Origin: Candidatus Bathyarchaeota archaeon
Lineage (GTDB): Archaea; Thermoproteota; Bathyarchaeia; Bathyarchaeales; Bathycorpusculaceae
NCBI GenBank assembly: GCA_963827165.1
Contig: CAWGZR010000005.1
Span: 512,001 to 576,000 of the forward strand
Length of the DNA: 64,000 bases
Reading direction: 5' to 3'
The position numbers and the translations under genes were made by a program. The notes below the pieces were generated by a model. The model worked only from the letters and a program-made list of their open reading frames with translations. It was not told the DNA's origin and ran no database searches. Numbering within the stretch: position 1 is the stretch's first letter; each line of letters begins with the position of its first letter. Shown here in pieces: positions 1 to 10,886 of the stretch.

Positions 1-752
1 GCTTCCTGAAGAATTGTGCCAACTCCGCAGAAAGGGTCAAGCAAAACTTTTCCAGGCGTGCAGGCGGACAAGTTGACCATTATGCGTGCTATTCTAGGCG
101 GCATGGCAAAGATTCTTCTCTCGTTAGGCTTGCCGACATCTCTTTCTTGGAATTCGAATGGATTGTGAACGCCAACTGTAGTTCCTGCCCAAGTTTGTTG
201 CTTGCCTATGCACAGTAGCACTTCCGATTGATTCTCAACTAGCTTCTTCTTTATCACTTCGACATGGCTTAGTTGCGGTAGCCCTCTGTCTTTTGAGAAA
301 CCCATGAATTTTGATTTCTTTCCGAAAACAGCCAACTCATCCTTAACTGTGCTTCCGACAAATCTCTGGATACCCCCGGACAGGGAACGTAGGTTGCTGT
401 CAGAACTGTAGATGCTTACTCCGAAAAACACCCTATCAGAAGACTTATTCATCGCTTCAGCTAAACCGCTTGAATCCAATGCAGCAACTATCTGCGACTG
501 GGCTTTTTTGTTTTTTTCAAAAAAAGCTTGCCTTGCAAGTTGCGTCGGAAACTCTGTTTTTTCTTCACCAATTTTTATCGTTCCTCCCAAATCTTCTATG
601 GATAAGCTTGAGTCTCGTTTTAAGTCAATAGCAAAAAATTCTTTGGAAAAAAAATTTACGCTGAACTTTATTTCCTTGGCGTTTAGGTAAGCGGCTATTT
701 CGGCTAGGGAAAGTTTCCAGTTTTTTCCTGAAATGAACAGTTTTGTTAGCAT
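1..752 (-). CDS. TRM11/Trm-G10-like tRNA methyltransferase (C-terminus runs off the window)
   Basis: Not in the ORF track. Manual translation gives MLTKLFISGKNWKLSLAEI... from ATG 752, in frame with ...RIFAMPPRIARIMVNLSACTPGKVLLDPFCGVGTILQE (SAM-binding DPFCGxGT motif). Confidence 0.8.
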   Translation of the reverse strand, partial: MLTKLFISGKNWKLSLAEIAAYLNAKEIKFSVNFFSKEFFAIDLKRDSSLSIEDLGGTIKIGEEKTEFPTQLARQAFFEKNKKAQSQIVAALDSSGLAEAMNKSSDRVFFGVSIYSSDSNLRSLSGGIQRFVGSTVKDELAVFGKKSKFMGFSKDRGLPQLSHVEVIKKKLVENQSEVLLCIGKQQTWAGTTVGVHNPFEFQERDVGKPNERRIFAMPPRIARIMVNLSACTPGKVLLDPFCGVGTILQE

Positions 753-918
753 CGGTTAATGAAAAAGTTAACTAAGTATATAAGAAATCGCGCGCTTTTC
801 AACCAGAATGTCACTCTAATGTAAATGATCATACGTCAGAAATTTACGGAATTGTTAAGCTTGGACTTACAAATCGTTTAAATACCGCTGGATGAGTTAG
901 CTAAAAAGGGATATTTGC

Positions 919-1467
919 ATGCACGCGCGAAATTATAGGCACGTGAAGAACCGAGCGTACACACGCAAAGAATACGCTAGAGGTTTTCCGCCGCCAAAAA
1001 TTGTGAAATTTACCATGGGTGATACTAAAGCAACTTTTGAAATCCAAGGTCAACTTATAGCCGATGAACGTGCTCAGATACGCCACAGTGCTTTAGAAGC
1101 GGCGCGCGTAGCTACAAACCGCGTTCTAACTGACAAACTCATTAATGATTACCTTATGGTTGTTCATCCATACCCACACATAATTCTCAGGGAAAACAAG
1201 ATGATTTTCGGCGCTCACGCTGACCGACTACAGCAAGGCATGAGACGATCCTTCGGAACAGCGATCGGAACGGCAGCAAAGGTAGAGGTGGGTCAACCCA
1301 TCATAACCGTCAAGGTAAAAGCCGGAGCTGCGGAAACAGCCAAAGAATCCCTTAAAAGAGGCAGCGCAAAACTTCCCATCCCCTGCAAGATAGTTATCTC
1401 CAAGATTGAAGCTTCTCCAGAATTAGCCGAGACCGAGAAGGAACAACCGGAGACGGAGACAACTTGA
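919..1467 (+). CDS. rpl10e: 50S ribosomal protein L10e (uL16)
   Basis: YTRKEY, QIRHSALEAAR and ILRENKMIFGAHADRLQQGMR motifs. Confidence 0.95.
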   Translation: MHARNYRHVKNRAYTRKEYARGFPPPKIVKFTMGDTKATFEIQGQLIADERAQIRHSALEAARVATNRVLTDKLINDYLMVVHPYPHIILRENKMIFGAHADRLQQGMRRSFGTAIGTAAKVEVGQPIITVKVKAGAAETAKESLKRGSAKLPIPCKIVISKIEASPELAETEKEQPETETT

Positions 1468-3893
1468 GCGAAAAAGGGAAAGAACTGGTTTTATGGTTTG
1501 ACGATGTAAGAAACACTGATGTCCATTTGGTCGGCGGCAAAAACGCCAGCCTCGGCGAAATGATCCATGCAGGATTGCCTGTCCCTCCCGGTTTTGCGGT
1601 AACTGCTTATTCTTATGAAAAGTATATTCAGGAAAAAAACATAGCTGAGCAAATTTATAAAATAATAAATGAAACTGTAACGAACCCGAATGACCCCAAG
1701 CAGTACGATGTGGCATCCAAAAAAATACGTGAACTCATCGAAAAAACTCCAATGCCAAAAGACATCGAGACCGCGATAAGATCCGCTTACAAAGATCTGA
1801 ACCAACGGCTTGAATTAAGAGATACTTTTGTTGCGGTTCGATCAAGCGCGACAGCAGAAGATTTGCCTGACGCATCTTTTGCAGGTCAACAAGAAACTTA
1901 CCTGAACGTTAAAGGCGCCGAAGATCTTGTGGCCAAGGTAGTAAAGTGTTGGTCAAGCCTATTTACTCCCCGAGCAATCTTTTACCGTAACGAAAAAGGC
2001 TTTCCACACGAGAAGGTTTTCATAAGCGTCGGTGTCCAAAAAATGGTCAATTCTGGCTGTGCCGGAGTGATGTTTACCATAAACCCCGTCACTGGAAACC
2101 AAGGCGAAATCGTTATCGAAGGCAACTATGGTCTGGGGGAAACCGTGGTCTCAGGTGCTGTTAATCCTGATGACTTTGTTATCGACAAAGCTTCGGTCTC
2201 CATTAAAGAACGAAGAATCTCCAAAAAAACTGTTGAGTACATTCGTGATCCAAAGACAGGCAAAACTGTTCACTTGGAAGTCCCGACGGATAAGCAGAAA
2301 ACAACCTGTATGTCTGATGAAGAGATCTTGACTCTTTCACAACTTGCTAAGAGGATCGAAGGACACTACAAAAAACCGATGGATATTGAATGGGCAATAG
2401 ATCAAGACTTGTCTTTTCCCGAGAACGTGTTCATAGTTCAAGCTCGTCCAGAAACCGTTTGGAGTTCAAAAATAATGGATACACCCGTTACGGCTGAGCA
2501 AAACCCACATGCAACATTAAAGGTGGTTGTAAGGGGTATTTCTGCGGGAAGAAGAGGATACGGCGTAGGTAAAGCAAAAGTTGTTCTTAACCCCGACGAC
2601 GCAAACAAAGAAATGACTAAAGGTGACATTCTCGTAACAGGAATGACTGACCCCGATTTTGTTCCATTCATGAAGATGGCAAGTGCGATAGTCACTGACA
2701 AAGGCGGAATCACATCTCACGCGGCAATTGTAAGCCGAGAACTAAGCATCCCCTGTGTAGTCGGCACCGAAAACGCTACTGAAATCATGAAAACAGGGCA
2801 GGAATATACTGTAGATTCAGTGAACGGCCTAATCTATGAAGGCGTAATGCCTCAAGCCGTTCAGCAAACGCCTGCAGCAAACGGCTCACCAGTCGTGGCC
2901 CAAGCAGACGTCGCTCCAGTAACTGCCACCAGAATCTACATGAACCTGGGAACTCCCGAGATGATTGAACAATACAAGAACCTGCCTTTCGAAGGCATAG
3001 GATTGATGCGGACCGAATTCATCTTGGCTAGTGCTATAGGTAAGCACCCGATGGCGTTTGTGGATGAAGGTCAAAGCCAGCAGTTTGTCGATAAACTTGC
3101 TGAGGGAGTAGCCACTGTCGCTCGAGTTATCCAGCCTAAACCGGTTGTGGTACGCTTTAGTGATTTTAAAACTAACGAGTACCGGGGATTGAAAGGCGGA
3201 GATAAGTACGAGATAGTTGAGGAAAACCCGATGTTGGGCTGGAGAGGATGCAGCCGCTACATAAGCAAATGGTACATCCAAGCATTCCGCCTCGAATGCC
3301 AAGCCATCAAGAAATGCCGCACTGAGTGGGGACTCAAAAATGTTTACGTTATGCTTCCTATGGTCCGCACTCTTTGGGAAGCCAGAAAAGTCCTTGAAAT
3401 CATGAAGGAAGAAGGGTTAGAGCGCTCAAAGGACTTCAAAGTTTGGTTCATGGCTGAAACACCGTCAATCGCGATAATGGCTGACGAATTTTCCAAGTTG
3501 GTTGATGGCTTCTCCATTGGTTCAAACGATATGACTCAGGGTATACTGATGATTGACCGCGACTCCGAACGTTTGGGACAAATGGGCTACTTTGACGAAA
3601 GAGACCCAGCGGTAAAAAGAATACTTGCGCATCTAATCAAAGTCGCTCATGAAAACGGATGCACGGTGTCAATCTGTGGCGAAGGGCCCTCAAATCTTCC
3701 AGACTTCGCGGAGTTCCTCGTCCGAGCAGGAATCGACAGCCTATCAGTAAATAACGATGCAGTCGTAGCAACTAGAAAACACATTGCGAGTGTGGAACAA
3801 AGAATAATTCTTGAACGTCTCGCGGAACAAGCAGCCTTGGCCCGCGGACAACCACTCAAGAAACCGGTGCAAGACTGGGAATGGCCACGTTAA
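1464..3893 (+). CDS. ppsA: Phosphoenolpyruvate synthase
   Basis: VGGKNASLGEM, VAVRSSATAEDLPDASFAGQQ, phospho-His motif GGITSHAAIVSRE and EENPMLGWRG. The TTG start overlaps the rpl10e stop. Confidence 0.95.
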   Translation: MSEKGKELVLWFDDVRNTDVHLVGGKNASLGEMIHAGLPVPPGFAVTAYSYEKYIQEKNIAEQIYKIINETVTNPNDPKQYDVASKKIRELIEKTPMPKDIETAIRSAYKDLNQRLELRDTFVAVRSSATAEDLPDASFAGQQETYLNVKGAEDLVAKVVKCWSSLFTPRAIFYRNEKGFPHEKVFISVGVQKMVNSGCAGVMFTINPVTGNQGEIVIEGNYGLGETVVSGAVNPDDFVIDKASVSIKERRISKKTVEYIRDPKTGKTVHLEVPTDKQKTTCMSDEEILTLSQLAKRIEGHYKKPMDIEWAIDQDLSFPENVFIVQARPETVWSSKIMDTPVTAEQNPHATLKVVVRGISAGRRGYGVGKAKVVLNPDDANKEMTKGDILVTGMTDPDFVPFMKMASAIVTDKGGITSHAAIVSRELSIPCVVGTENATEIMKTGQEYTVDSVNGLIYEGVMPQAVQQTPAANGSPVVAQADVAPVTATRIYMNLGTPEMIEQYKNLPFEGIGLMRTEFILASAIGKHPMAFVDEGQSQQFVDKLAEGVATVARVIQPKPVVVRFSDFKTNEYRGLKGGDKYEIVEENPMLGWRGCSRYISKWYIQAFRLECQAIKKCRTEWGLKNVYVMLPMVRTLWEARKVLEIMKEEGLERSKDFKVWFMAETPSIAIMADEFSKLVDGFSIGSNDMTQGILMIDRDSERLGQMGYFDERDPAVKRILAHLIKVAHENGCTVSICGEGPSNLPDFAEFLVRAGIDSLSVNNDAVVATRKHIASVEQRIILERLAEQAALARGQPLKKPVQDWEWPR

Positions 3894-3966
3894 CGTAAAA
3901 GGCAACAAACGCATCCTATCTTCACTTTTTTGGTTTTCTTTTTCGTCAGTGATTGGAGTAAGCACT

Positions 3967-4968
3967 ATGAATGGTTTTGATTTTGAAGAGGCGCGATTAA
4001 AGCAGGAAATAGCAAAGCATGGGGCCAAGCGGGTTATGCTTCAGTTGCCCGAAGGATTAAAACCTGAAGGTCCGCGAATAGCTGAAATTATTGAGACTAC
4101 TGGTGCACTTCCGATAATTTCCGCTGACCCATGTTATGGCGCTTGCGACATAGCGGTCAAAGAAGCAGAGGCTCTAGGAGTGGATCTAATTGTACATTTT
4201 GGGCACTCGAAAATGCTTTCGAACGAACGGGTTCCGACAGTTTACTTCGAAGCAAGAGAATCAATATCCATAGAGAACGCTGTGGAACAGGCACTACCGC
4301 TTCTTAGCAAATACGCCGCGATAGGTTTAGCAACTACGGTGCAGCATTTGGAAGCCGTAGCCCAAGCCAAAGCGATCTTGGTCAGCGCTGGAAAAACCGT
4401 TTTTGTCGGCGACAGCGGACAGACGCCTTATCCTGGACAGGTACTCGGCTGCAACTACAGCAACGTGAAATCAATCTCACATAAAGTAGATGCTTTCCTG
4501 TTCATAGGCGGTGGCTTGTTTCATGCACTAGGCATAGCCCTGAACACTTCTAAACCAACCGTAATTGCTGATCCATACGATAACAGAGCTTTCTCAATTG
4601 ATGATGACGCTCAAAAAATCATAAAACAACGCTGGGCAAGCATTGAAGAAGCGCTAAACGCAACAAAATTCGGCATTCTCATCAGCTTGAAACCTGGGCA
4701 AAAGAGGATTGATCAAGCAATAGAAGTTAGTGCGTTGGCGCATAAACATGGGATTGCCGCGTTCTTTTTGGCTGCAAAGGAAATTACACCTGAAACATTG
4801 ATAGCGTTCCCCTCCATTGACGCATATGTCAACACAGCTTGCCCCAGAATCAGTCTTGATGCCCCAGGTAAGTTTTCCAAGCCAGTGTTAACGATTAACG
4901 AGTTTTTGGTTGTGGTTGGTGAGTCTTCATGGGAGAGCATGCTCAAAAAAGGATTATTCGAAAACTAG
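3967..4968 (+). CDS. dph2: Diphthamide biosynthesis enzyme Dph2
   Basis: LQLPEGLK, PCYGACD, GQVLGC and TACPR motifs. The start is more likely ATG 3967 than 3811. Confidence 0.92.
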   Translation: MNGFDFEEARLKQEIAKHGAKRVMLQLPEGLKPEGPRIAEIIETTGALPIISADPCYGACDIAVKEAEALGVDLIVHFGHSKMLSNERVPTVYFEARESISIENAVEQALPLLSKYAAIGLATTVQHLEAVAQAKAILVSAGKTVFVGDSGQTPYPGQVLGCNYSNVKSISHKVDAFLFIGGGLFHALGIALNTSKPTVIADPYDNRAFSIDDDAQKIIKQRWASIEEALNATKFGILISLKPGQKRIDQAIEVSALAHKHGIAAFFLAAKEITPETLIAFPSIDAYVNTACPRISLDAPGKFSKPVLTINEFLVVVGESSWESMLKKGLFEN

Positions 4969-5630
4969 ATTTAGAGCGGTTTCTCTCAAAGATTGAAGTT
5001 CAACCCTCTCCCCAAGCCCACCTAGAACAGTACACCATTTCAGAACCCGTTGCCTCAACTATGCTTTACATTGCTTCATACGCAAACAACGATATTATAG
5101 GGAAGGCAGTTCTGGATTTAGGCTGTGGGACAGGCAGGCTTTCGTTAGGGGCAGCCTACCTTGGAGCTCGAGAAGTCGTCGGCGTCGACATCGACAAACG
5201 TGCCATTGAAACTGCTTCAGAAAATCTGCGAAAAGTCGGATTGAAAGGAAACGTTCAATGGGTCATCGGAGACATCGACTCGGTCGCAGGCAGATTTGAC
5301 ACCGTCTTGCAGAATCCGCCTTTCGGGGTGCAAACTCGCGAAGCCGACCGGGCATTCTTGGTCAAGGCCTTAGAATCGGGAAATTTCGTTTACTCCCTCC
5401 ATAACCACCCTGAAACCGACAGTCAACTGGTTAGGCAGCTTAAAGCAAGCGGCGATTTCTTGCAGATTCAGCCTTCCCCATTTCTGGAGCGGTTCGTCGC
5501 TAACCATGATGGGGTTGTCAAAGCCGTTTATGCTATGCTTATGACGATTCCGCGACTCTTTGATTTCCACACGAAAGCCAAACACGATTTTATCGTTGAC
5601 TTGTACGTGATTGAGTCATCAAAACGTTAA
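4929..5630 (+). CDS. METTL5-family N6-adenine RNA methyltransferase
   Basis: LEQY, DLGCGTG and NPPFG motifs, and a C-terminal F.FH motif. Confidence 0.88.
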   Translation: MGEHAQKRIIRKLDLERFLSKIEVQPSPQAHLEQYTISEPVASTMLYIASYANNDIIGKAVLDLGCGTGRLSLGAAYLGAREVVGVDIDKRAIETASENLRKVGLKGNVQWVIGDIDSVAGRFDTVLQNPPFGVQTREADRAFLVKALESGNFVYSLHNHPETDSQLVRQLKASGDFLQIQPSPFLERFVANHDGVVKAVYAMLMTIPRLFDFHTKAKHDFIVDLYVIESSKR

Positions 5631-5761
5631 CAAATTTTGGAGCTTTCTGTCTGGAATTTACGTGATATATTAATCAAAAGGTTTATTGATAAGGTTGGAA
5701 ACTAAGCATATGCATTTATCTTGCAACGGTTTAGTTTATTTAACATACAAGGGAAACTGTC

Positions 5762-6343
5762 ATGAGTCTAAAGTCACCTCAACAAAAAAGTGGTCATTTA
5801 GTTGTGCCCGGCGAACGTTTAGGGGTTATAGAAGAGTTCGTTCCAGACTCGGGAACATACGTTAAAGACGGCGTCATTTACTCAAAAATTGTGGGGCGCA
5901 AACTGGTTGATTTGCAGAGCCGACGTGTTTCTGTTTACCCGGCAGCTGAGGGCGCGGTTGTGCCAAAGGTTTCCGGTGTAGTTTTGGGTCAAGTAGGTAA
6001 TGCTCAATCCGACAACGTTTTGGTTAAGATATTCAAGGTGGGAAACAAAAAGATTTCAGGCGAGTTCGGTGGCATTCTACACATTTCCGACGTCTCCGAC
6101 AGGTATGTCACCTCAATGAATGATGTTTGCAAGCCAGGAGACATCGTCAGAGCGAAAGTTATCAGCGAAAAAAACCGCGTATTCCATTTAACAACAAACG
6201 ACAAAAACTTGGGCATAATAGATGCATTCTGCTCCCGATGCGGAAGTCTTCTCGAGCCAGACAGATACGAGCTGCACTGTCCAAAATGCGGTAACATCGA
6301 AAAACGTAAATTAGCCCCTGATTACGGAAAAGAAGCGCTTTAG
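5762..6343 (+). CDS. csl4: Exosome RNA-binding subunit Csl4
   Basis: VVPGERLGVIEEF, an S1 domain (PGDIVRAKV) and a Zn ribbon CSRC...CPKC. Confidence 0.93.
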   Translation: MSLKSPQQKSGHLVVPGERLGVIEEFVPDSGTYVKDGVIYSKIVGRKLVDLQSRRVSVYPAAEGAVVPKVSGVVLGQVGNAQSDNVLVKIFKVGNKKISGEFGGILHISDVSDRYVTSMNDVCKPGDIVRAKVISEKNRVFHLTTNDKNLGIIDAFCSRCGSLLEPDRYELHCPKCGNIEKRKLAPDYGKEAL

Positions 6344-6359
6344 TGAGGATTGAATCAGG

Positions 6360-6641
6360 TTGAAAATTAACATTGTCAAAAAATCCGGAAACGAGTTAAA
6401 AATAGAAATCGTCGGCGGAACTCACGGACTATGCAATTTATTGGCGAAGCGTCTTTTAGAAGACAAAACGGTCGAGTTTGCAGGCTATGATGTACCTCAT
6501 CCTTTGGCGTCAAGTCCTATTATCTACATCAGGATGAAGGGAAAAACCGCGCCTGAAGAAGCCTTAGTTAGAGCAGTTGATAAAGTTCGAGAAGCAAACG
6601 ATGCTTTCAGCAAAGAGCTAGACCGAGTTATCAAAGCATAG
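6360..6641 (+). CDS. rpoL: RNA polymerase subunit L (Rpo11)
   Basis: THGLCNLL and FAGYDVPHPL motifs, and position after csl4. Confidence 0.9.
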   Translation: MKINIVKKSGNELKIEIVGGTHGLCNLLAKRLLEDKTVEFAGYDVPHPLASSPIIYIRMKGKTAPEEALVRAVDKVREANDAFSKELDRVIKA

Positions 6642-6819
6642 TTCCCGTCAGCTCGATCTCTTAAGCTTTTTGCATCCATGGTGGTGTGTCTCGTTCTTTC
6701 TCAGAATGTCCTGGCGGCAGTCTTTCCGTCTGGATATTGAATTATTTTGTTGTTGAGAATCCGATTTTTGTTTTAGCTTAAAAGGGAAAATACCTATTAA
6801 TTTAGGTTCAGGGAAGCTT

Positions 6820-7398
6820 TTGGAGCCAAAAAAATTTCGAATAATAAAACCTGAAATCCGCATTCTTGGCGTAGATGATGGCAGATTTGTTCCTCACACA
6901 AAAGGAGAGGTGATTGTTGTGGGCGTTGTTTTTCGAGGTGGCTACTCCCTTGACGGCGTTATGCATACTCACGTGGCAATTGACGGTTTCGATGCAACCG
7001 AACAGTTGGCCTCAATGATTAACAGTTCTCCCCACTGCAAACAGCTCCGTTTGATAATGCTTAACGGGATAACGCTTGGCGGCTTCAACGTTGTAGACAT
7101 CAAAAAGCTCCATTTAGATACCAAACTTCCCCTAATCGCAATAACCCCTGAAAAACCTGATTTAGAATCAGTCCACAAAGCTCTATTAAATTTGCCGAGA
7201 AGCGAAGAACGTTGGAAAATTGTCCTATCAGCCGGCGAAATCCATGAAGTTGTTTGTTCGGGTAAGAAGATTTACATGGAGTTAGTTGGGATTTCACTAA
7301 CCGACGCTGAAGAAATCGTTGAACTAACTTTGAAGAACAGTAGTCTCCCCGAACCGCTTCGAGTCGCGCACCTTATCGCCTCAGGGGTCAGTCTCTGA
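6820..7398 (+). CDS. DUF99-family endonuclease V-like protein
   Basis: RILGVDDG, DGFDAT, GGFNVVD and PEPLRVAHLIA motifs. Confidence 0.88.
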   Translation: MEPKKFRIIKPEIRILGVDDGRFVPHTKGEVIVVGVVFRGGYSLDGVMHTHVAIDGFDATEQLASMINSSPHCKQLRLIMLNGITLGGFNVVDIKKLHLDTKLPLIAITPEKPDLESVHKALLNLPRSEERWKIVLSAGEIHEVVCSGKKIYMELVGISLTDAEEIVELTLKNSSLPEPLRVAHLIASGVSL

Positions 7399-7412
7399 AC
7401 TTGCGTGATTTA

Positions 7413-7426
7413 GAAAAGGTTTAAAA
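7413..7426 (+). promoter_or_regulatory. BRE/TATA promoter upstream of tfs
   Basis: GAAAAG followed by TTTAAAA, about 55 nt before ATG 7480. Confidence 0.5.
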
Positions 7427-7479
7427 GGTACATTGCTAAGGGAATCAAAAACGGACACGAATATTGGAGTTCGGGAAAT

Positions 7480-7830
7480 ATGGAATTTTGCCCAAAATGC
7501 GGTTCTCGTCTTGAACCAAAGAAATCGAAGACTGGTAAAGAGGCTTCCTTAATTCTCGCGTGCCCAAAATGCGGATACAAAAAGCCCGAAGTCGGCGAAA
7601 AAGTTGAAGTGACTCCGAAGGTTATCCAGCATTCGCCACAGCAATTCGTCGCTGTCATCGGGAAAGAAGAGCAGAAATTAAGCACGTTGCCAACCGTCAG
7701 AATCGAATGTCCAAGATGCGGAAACAACACCGCTTATGTCTGGCAAGTGCAGACGCGAGGCGCAGATGAATCTTCAACCCAGTTCCTGCGTTGCACCAAA
7801 TGCAATTATACATTCCGAGAATACAGCTAA
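7480..7830 (+). CDS. tfs: Transcription factor S
   Basis: Two Zn ribbons and the acidic hairpin QTRGADE. Confidence 0.93.
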   Translation: MEFCPKCGSRLEPKKSKTGKEASLILACPKCGYKKPEVGEKVEVTPKVIQHSPQQFVAVIGKEEQKLSTLPTVRIECPRCGNNTAYVWQVQTRGADESSTQFLRCTKCNYTFREYS

Positions 7831-8213
7831 GAACTCTTTTTCAATTTCCCATTGGGTAGGATTGTTTCGCTAAATTATTTGCTCTGATTCTTTACGAGGT
7901 TTTTTATGGATCTCGAAACCTACGTATTCGGGTATCTGCATCCAAAGCTTCGCTAAACTCTTCTAGTTTATTGAGGAATTGTATTGACTTTTCGAAATAT
8001 GCTTTGCCTATCTGTCGGGAGCTTTGAGAGTAAACAACAAATTCAAAGAAGTCATAAACAGGTCAATCTTCGTTGTGAGTTCTTGTCAAAATCCCTTTCT
8101 TCATGCCAATAGGTTGTTTTTGGGTTGGACAACGGCAATTTTTATTAGCTAAAAGCGTAATCACAAGCTATATAACATTACGGTAATATGCAATATCGAG
8201 GAAGAGAAGCAAC

Positions 8214-8969
8214 ATGTTCAAGCTTAAAGTCTCCGATGCTAAACTTTTAAGAGACATGGCTACAGCCATCTCAATCCTAGTTGACGAAGCAACCTTCAAA
8301 ATCGACCCCGAAGGCATGAAACTTCGAGCCATGGACCCATCTCGCGTGGCCATGATTGATTTTGAATGGCCGAAATCCATCTTTCAAGAATATATCTCCA
8401 CAGAACCTGCCAAAGTATGCTTAAACATAAGTGAACTGCTTAAACTCCTCAAACGCGCAGGAAAAGACGAGGCAGTAGAATTGTCTCTTGACGACAAAAC
8501 CGGCAGGTTACTCGTAACAATAACTGGCAAATATGATAGAAACTTCACGATGCCCACCTTGGAAGCCTCAGAGGAAGAAGTTCCCACTCCAAAAATAACC
8601 TTCAACGTTAAAGCCAAAACCACAACTCAAGGCTTAAGCCAAGCGATAGAAGACGCGCAATTGGTAAGCGACCATGTGCGCATCGAAGCAGAACCCGAAA
8701 AACTCACACTAAGCGCTTCGGGCGACTTGATGGGTGCGACCATAACTCTGCAGAAAGGCACCGATTCCTTACTTGATTTGGAAGTCAAAGAAAATGCGAA
8801 AGCAACTTTCAGCCTAAGTTACCTATCAGAAATCATTAAAGCAGCTTCCGCGACATCCGAGATAGCTACCCTTGAATTCTCAACCGATATGCCTGTGAAA
8901 ATAGATTTTCAGCAGACAAAAGAAGGAAAATTGACTTTCTTCCTGGCGCCAAGAATAGAAACCGAATAA
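8214..8969 (+). CDS. pcn: DNA sliding clamp PCNA
   Basis: LVDEATF, AMDPSRVAM and C-terminal FFLAPRIE motifs. Confidence 0.96.
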   Translation: MFKLKVSDAKLLRDMATAISILVDEATFKIDPEGMKLRAMDPSRVAMIDFEWPKSIFQEYISTEPAKVCLNISELLKLLKRAGKDEAVELSLDDKTGRLLVTITGKYDRNFTMPTLEASEEEVPTPKITFNVKAKTTTQGLSQAIEDAQLVSDHVRIEAEPEKLTLSASGDLMGATITLQKGTDSLLDLEVKENAKATFSLSYLSEIIKAASATSEIATLEFSTDMPVKIDFQQTKEGKLTFFLAPRIETE

Positions 8970-8970
8970 C

Positions 8971-10009
8971 GTGACTGAGTTGCAAGTTGAATCGGCGGGA
9001 TTCACCAAGAATGATTTGGCAAAATATCCTTTTTTAAAAGAAACTGCCGAGTACATTAAGCCCCTAAACCTGCAAATAGACGATCTTAGCAAGCATGGGG
9101 ACAGAGTTAGTTAAGCGGGCGGAAGAAAGAGTCAACGAAGCATTAATTGACAGGCGAATAACACGAAACGCGAAAAGACTGGACGTCGAAATCCCCTCGT
9201 TCCCGCTTGCGCTGCTAATTGTCATCGCAACCGAAAACTCATTCATAAAGAAAAGATACGCTTTAGCTGAGTCTAAGCAAGCATCCAGCGACTTAGGTTT
9301 AGAGCCTAAGGAAAAAATCCTCAAGGTTGCTCGAGATTTTGGTTGGAAAATAAACCTCGCTAAGGAAAAAGCTGATTCACCTTTGGAGTTTTCCATCAGC
9401 TTCACTGATTACCTGAGAAATTCAGCGCACCTGCATGATAAAAAGTGGAAGTTAACCAACAGCATATTGTCTCATGGCAACGTTTATCTAAACAAGAAAG
9501 ACGCCGTAAGGCTACTGGAGGAAGAAATCCGAAGACGAGTTGAAAAAAGGCTGGAGGTCAAACTGCAAAAGTGCCCGCTTGAATTAGGGTTGATTGCTGA
9601 ACGAGTGAAAAAACTCGCTTCGGAAGTCATTGGAGCGATGGAAACCGAAGAGATGCCCAAAATCGTTGTTCAATCAGCTTATCCCCCCTGCATAATGGCT
9701 TTGCTTGAAACCGCAAAGTCAAATCATCATCTGTCGCATATTGAGAGGTTTACTTTGGTTTCTTTTCTGGTAAACATTGGACTGTCGTCAGAGAACGTGA
9801 ATGAATTATTCAAAACCTTCTCAGATTACAATGAAAGATTAACCAGGTACCAGGTTGAGCATATTGCGGGTGAAAGAGGCTCCGCGACAAGGTACACTCC
9901 CCCTCAATGCTCGCTGTTGCAAACGCATAATGTGTGCAAGAACAGGGACGACTTGTGCCGCCGCATCTATCATCCACTTGCATATTACAAACGGAAGCAA
10001 AAGGCTTGA
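8971..10009 (+). CDS. priL: DNA primase large subunit (apparent +1 frameshift at about 9080-9111)
   Basis: Reading from GTG 8971 gives ...LAKYPFLKETAEY..., ending at TAA 9112-9114. The +1 frame (9095-10009) carries YPPCI, TRYQVEHIAG and the Fe-S Cys motif YTPPQC...C...C. Confidence 0.88.
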
Positions 10010-10070
10010 TTCACAAATATTTGCTTAAGATTTATATGTGCACCTCGCCTAGAGTGAGACTTAGATTCGT

Positions 10071-10814
10071 ATGAATTATCAATTAATTGGAAATGCAGTT
10101 CCCGACGCAGAGATCGGAGTTCTTTTACCAACGTATCGGGAAGCTGAAAATATCTCCAGATTAATTGATGACATCGAGAGCCTAAAGCTTAACAGTTTAA
10201 TCCTCGTCATCGACGATTCGAGCCCTGATGAAACAGCTAAAATCGTGCAAGGAAAGCAGAGCAAATATGGAAACATCCAGCTATGTGTGCGCCCTAAAAA
10301 AAGCGGGTTAGGGACAGCGATAACGGACGGCTTCAAGTTTTTCTTAAACCAAAAGTCGCCTCCAAAATACATTGTCACAATGGACGCTGACTACTCTCAT
10401 AACCCCAAAGATATCCCCCAGCTTGTTTCAATTATGACAGAAACTGATTGCGGAATAGCAATCGGTAGCAGATACATCAAGGGCGGACGAATAGAAAATT
10501 GGCCTTTTACCAGAAAAATAATCAGCCGCACCGCCAACTTCATAGCTAAATTTTCCCTCGGGTTGAAACCTCGCGACTGCACCAGCGGCTTCCGATGTTA
10601 CTCTACAAAGTTTCTGAATGCAACCATCGGCAATTTGCATAGCCACACTTACGAAATCCAAATAGAAACCATAAGGCAAGCCCATTTGAGAAACTTCAAC
10701 GTCTGCGAAACCCCCATTTTATTCGTTAACAGAAAAAACGGAAAATCCAAGTTAAGTTGGACTGAAATCCATAGCTACATTACTTACACTTTAAAGGCAA
10801 TTCTGCATTCCTAA
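10071..10814 (+). CDS. GT2 polyprenol-phosphate glycosyltransferase (DPM1-like)
   Basis: LPTYREAENI, DDSSPDET, MDADYSH, GSRY and DCTSGFR motifs. Confidence 0.9.
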   Translation: MNYQLIGNAVPDAEIGVLLPTYREAENISRLIDDIESLKLNSLILVIDDSSPDETAKIVQGKQSKYGNIQLCVRPKKSGLGTAITDGFKFFLNQKSPPKYIVTMDADYSHNPKDIPQLVSIMTETDCGIAIGSRYIKGGRIENWPFTRKIISRTANFIAKFSLGLKPRDCTSGFRCYSTKFLNATIGNLHSHTYEIQIETIRQAHLRNFNVCETPILFVNRKNGKSKLSWTEIHSYITYTLKAILHS

Positions 10815-10886
10815 GTCTATAAGAGTCTTTTTGTGCGTTAAGCTATATTACTATATGTTGGTAGCTCTTAGCTATAGGCGACATGA

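Noticed and set aside
3811-3966. Long N-terminal extensions in the ORF track (dph2; also rpoP, translin and the deacetylase)
   Set aside because: They are artefacts of taking the most upstream start, and homology begins at downstream starts.
6341-6641. TAG reassignment (pyrrolysine-like readthrough)
   Set aside because: csl4, rpoL, mcm and argS end at TAG at their expected C-termini, and no gene is interrupted by an in-frame TAG.
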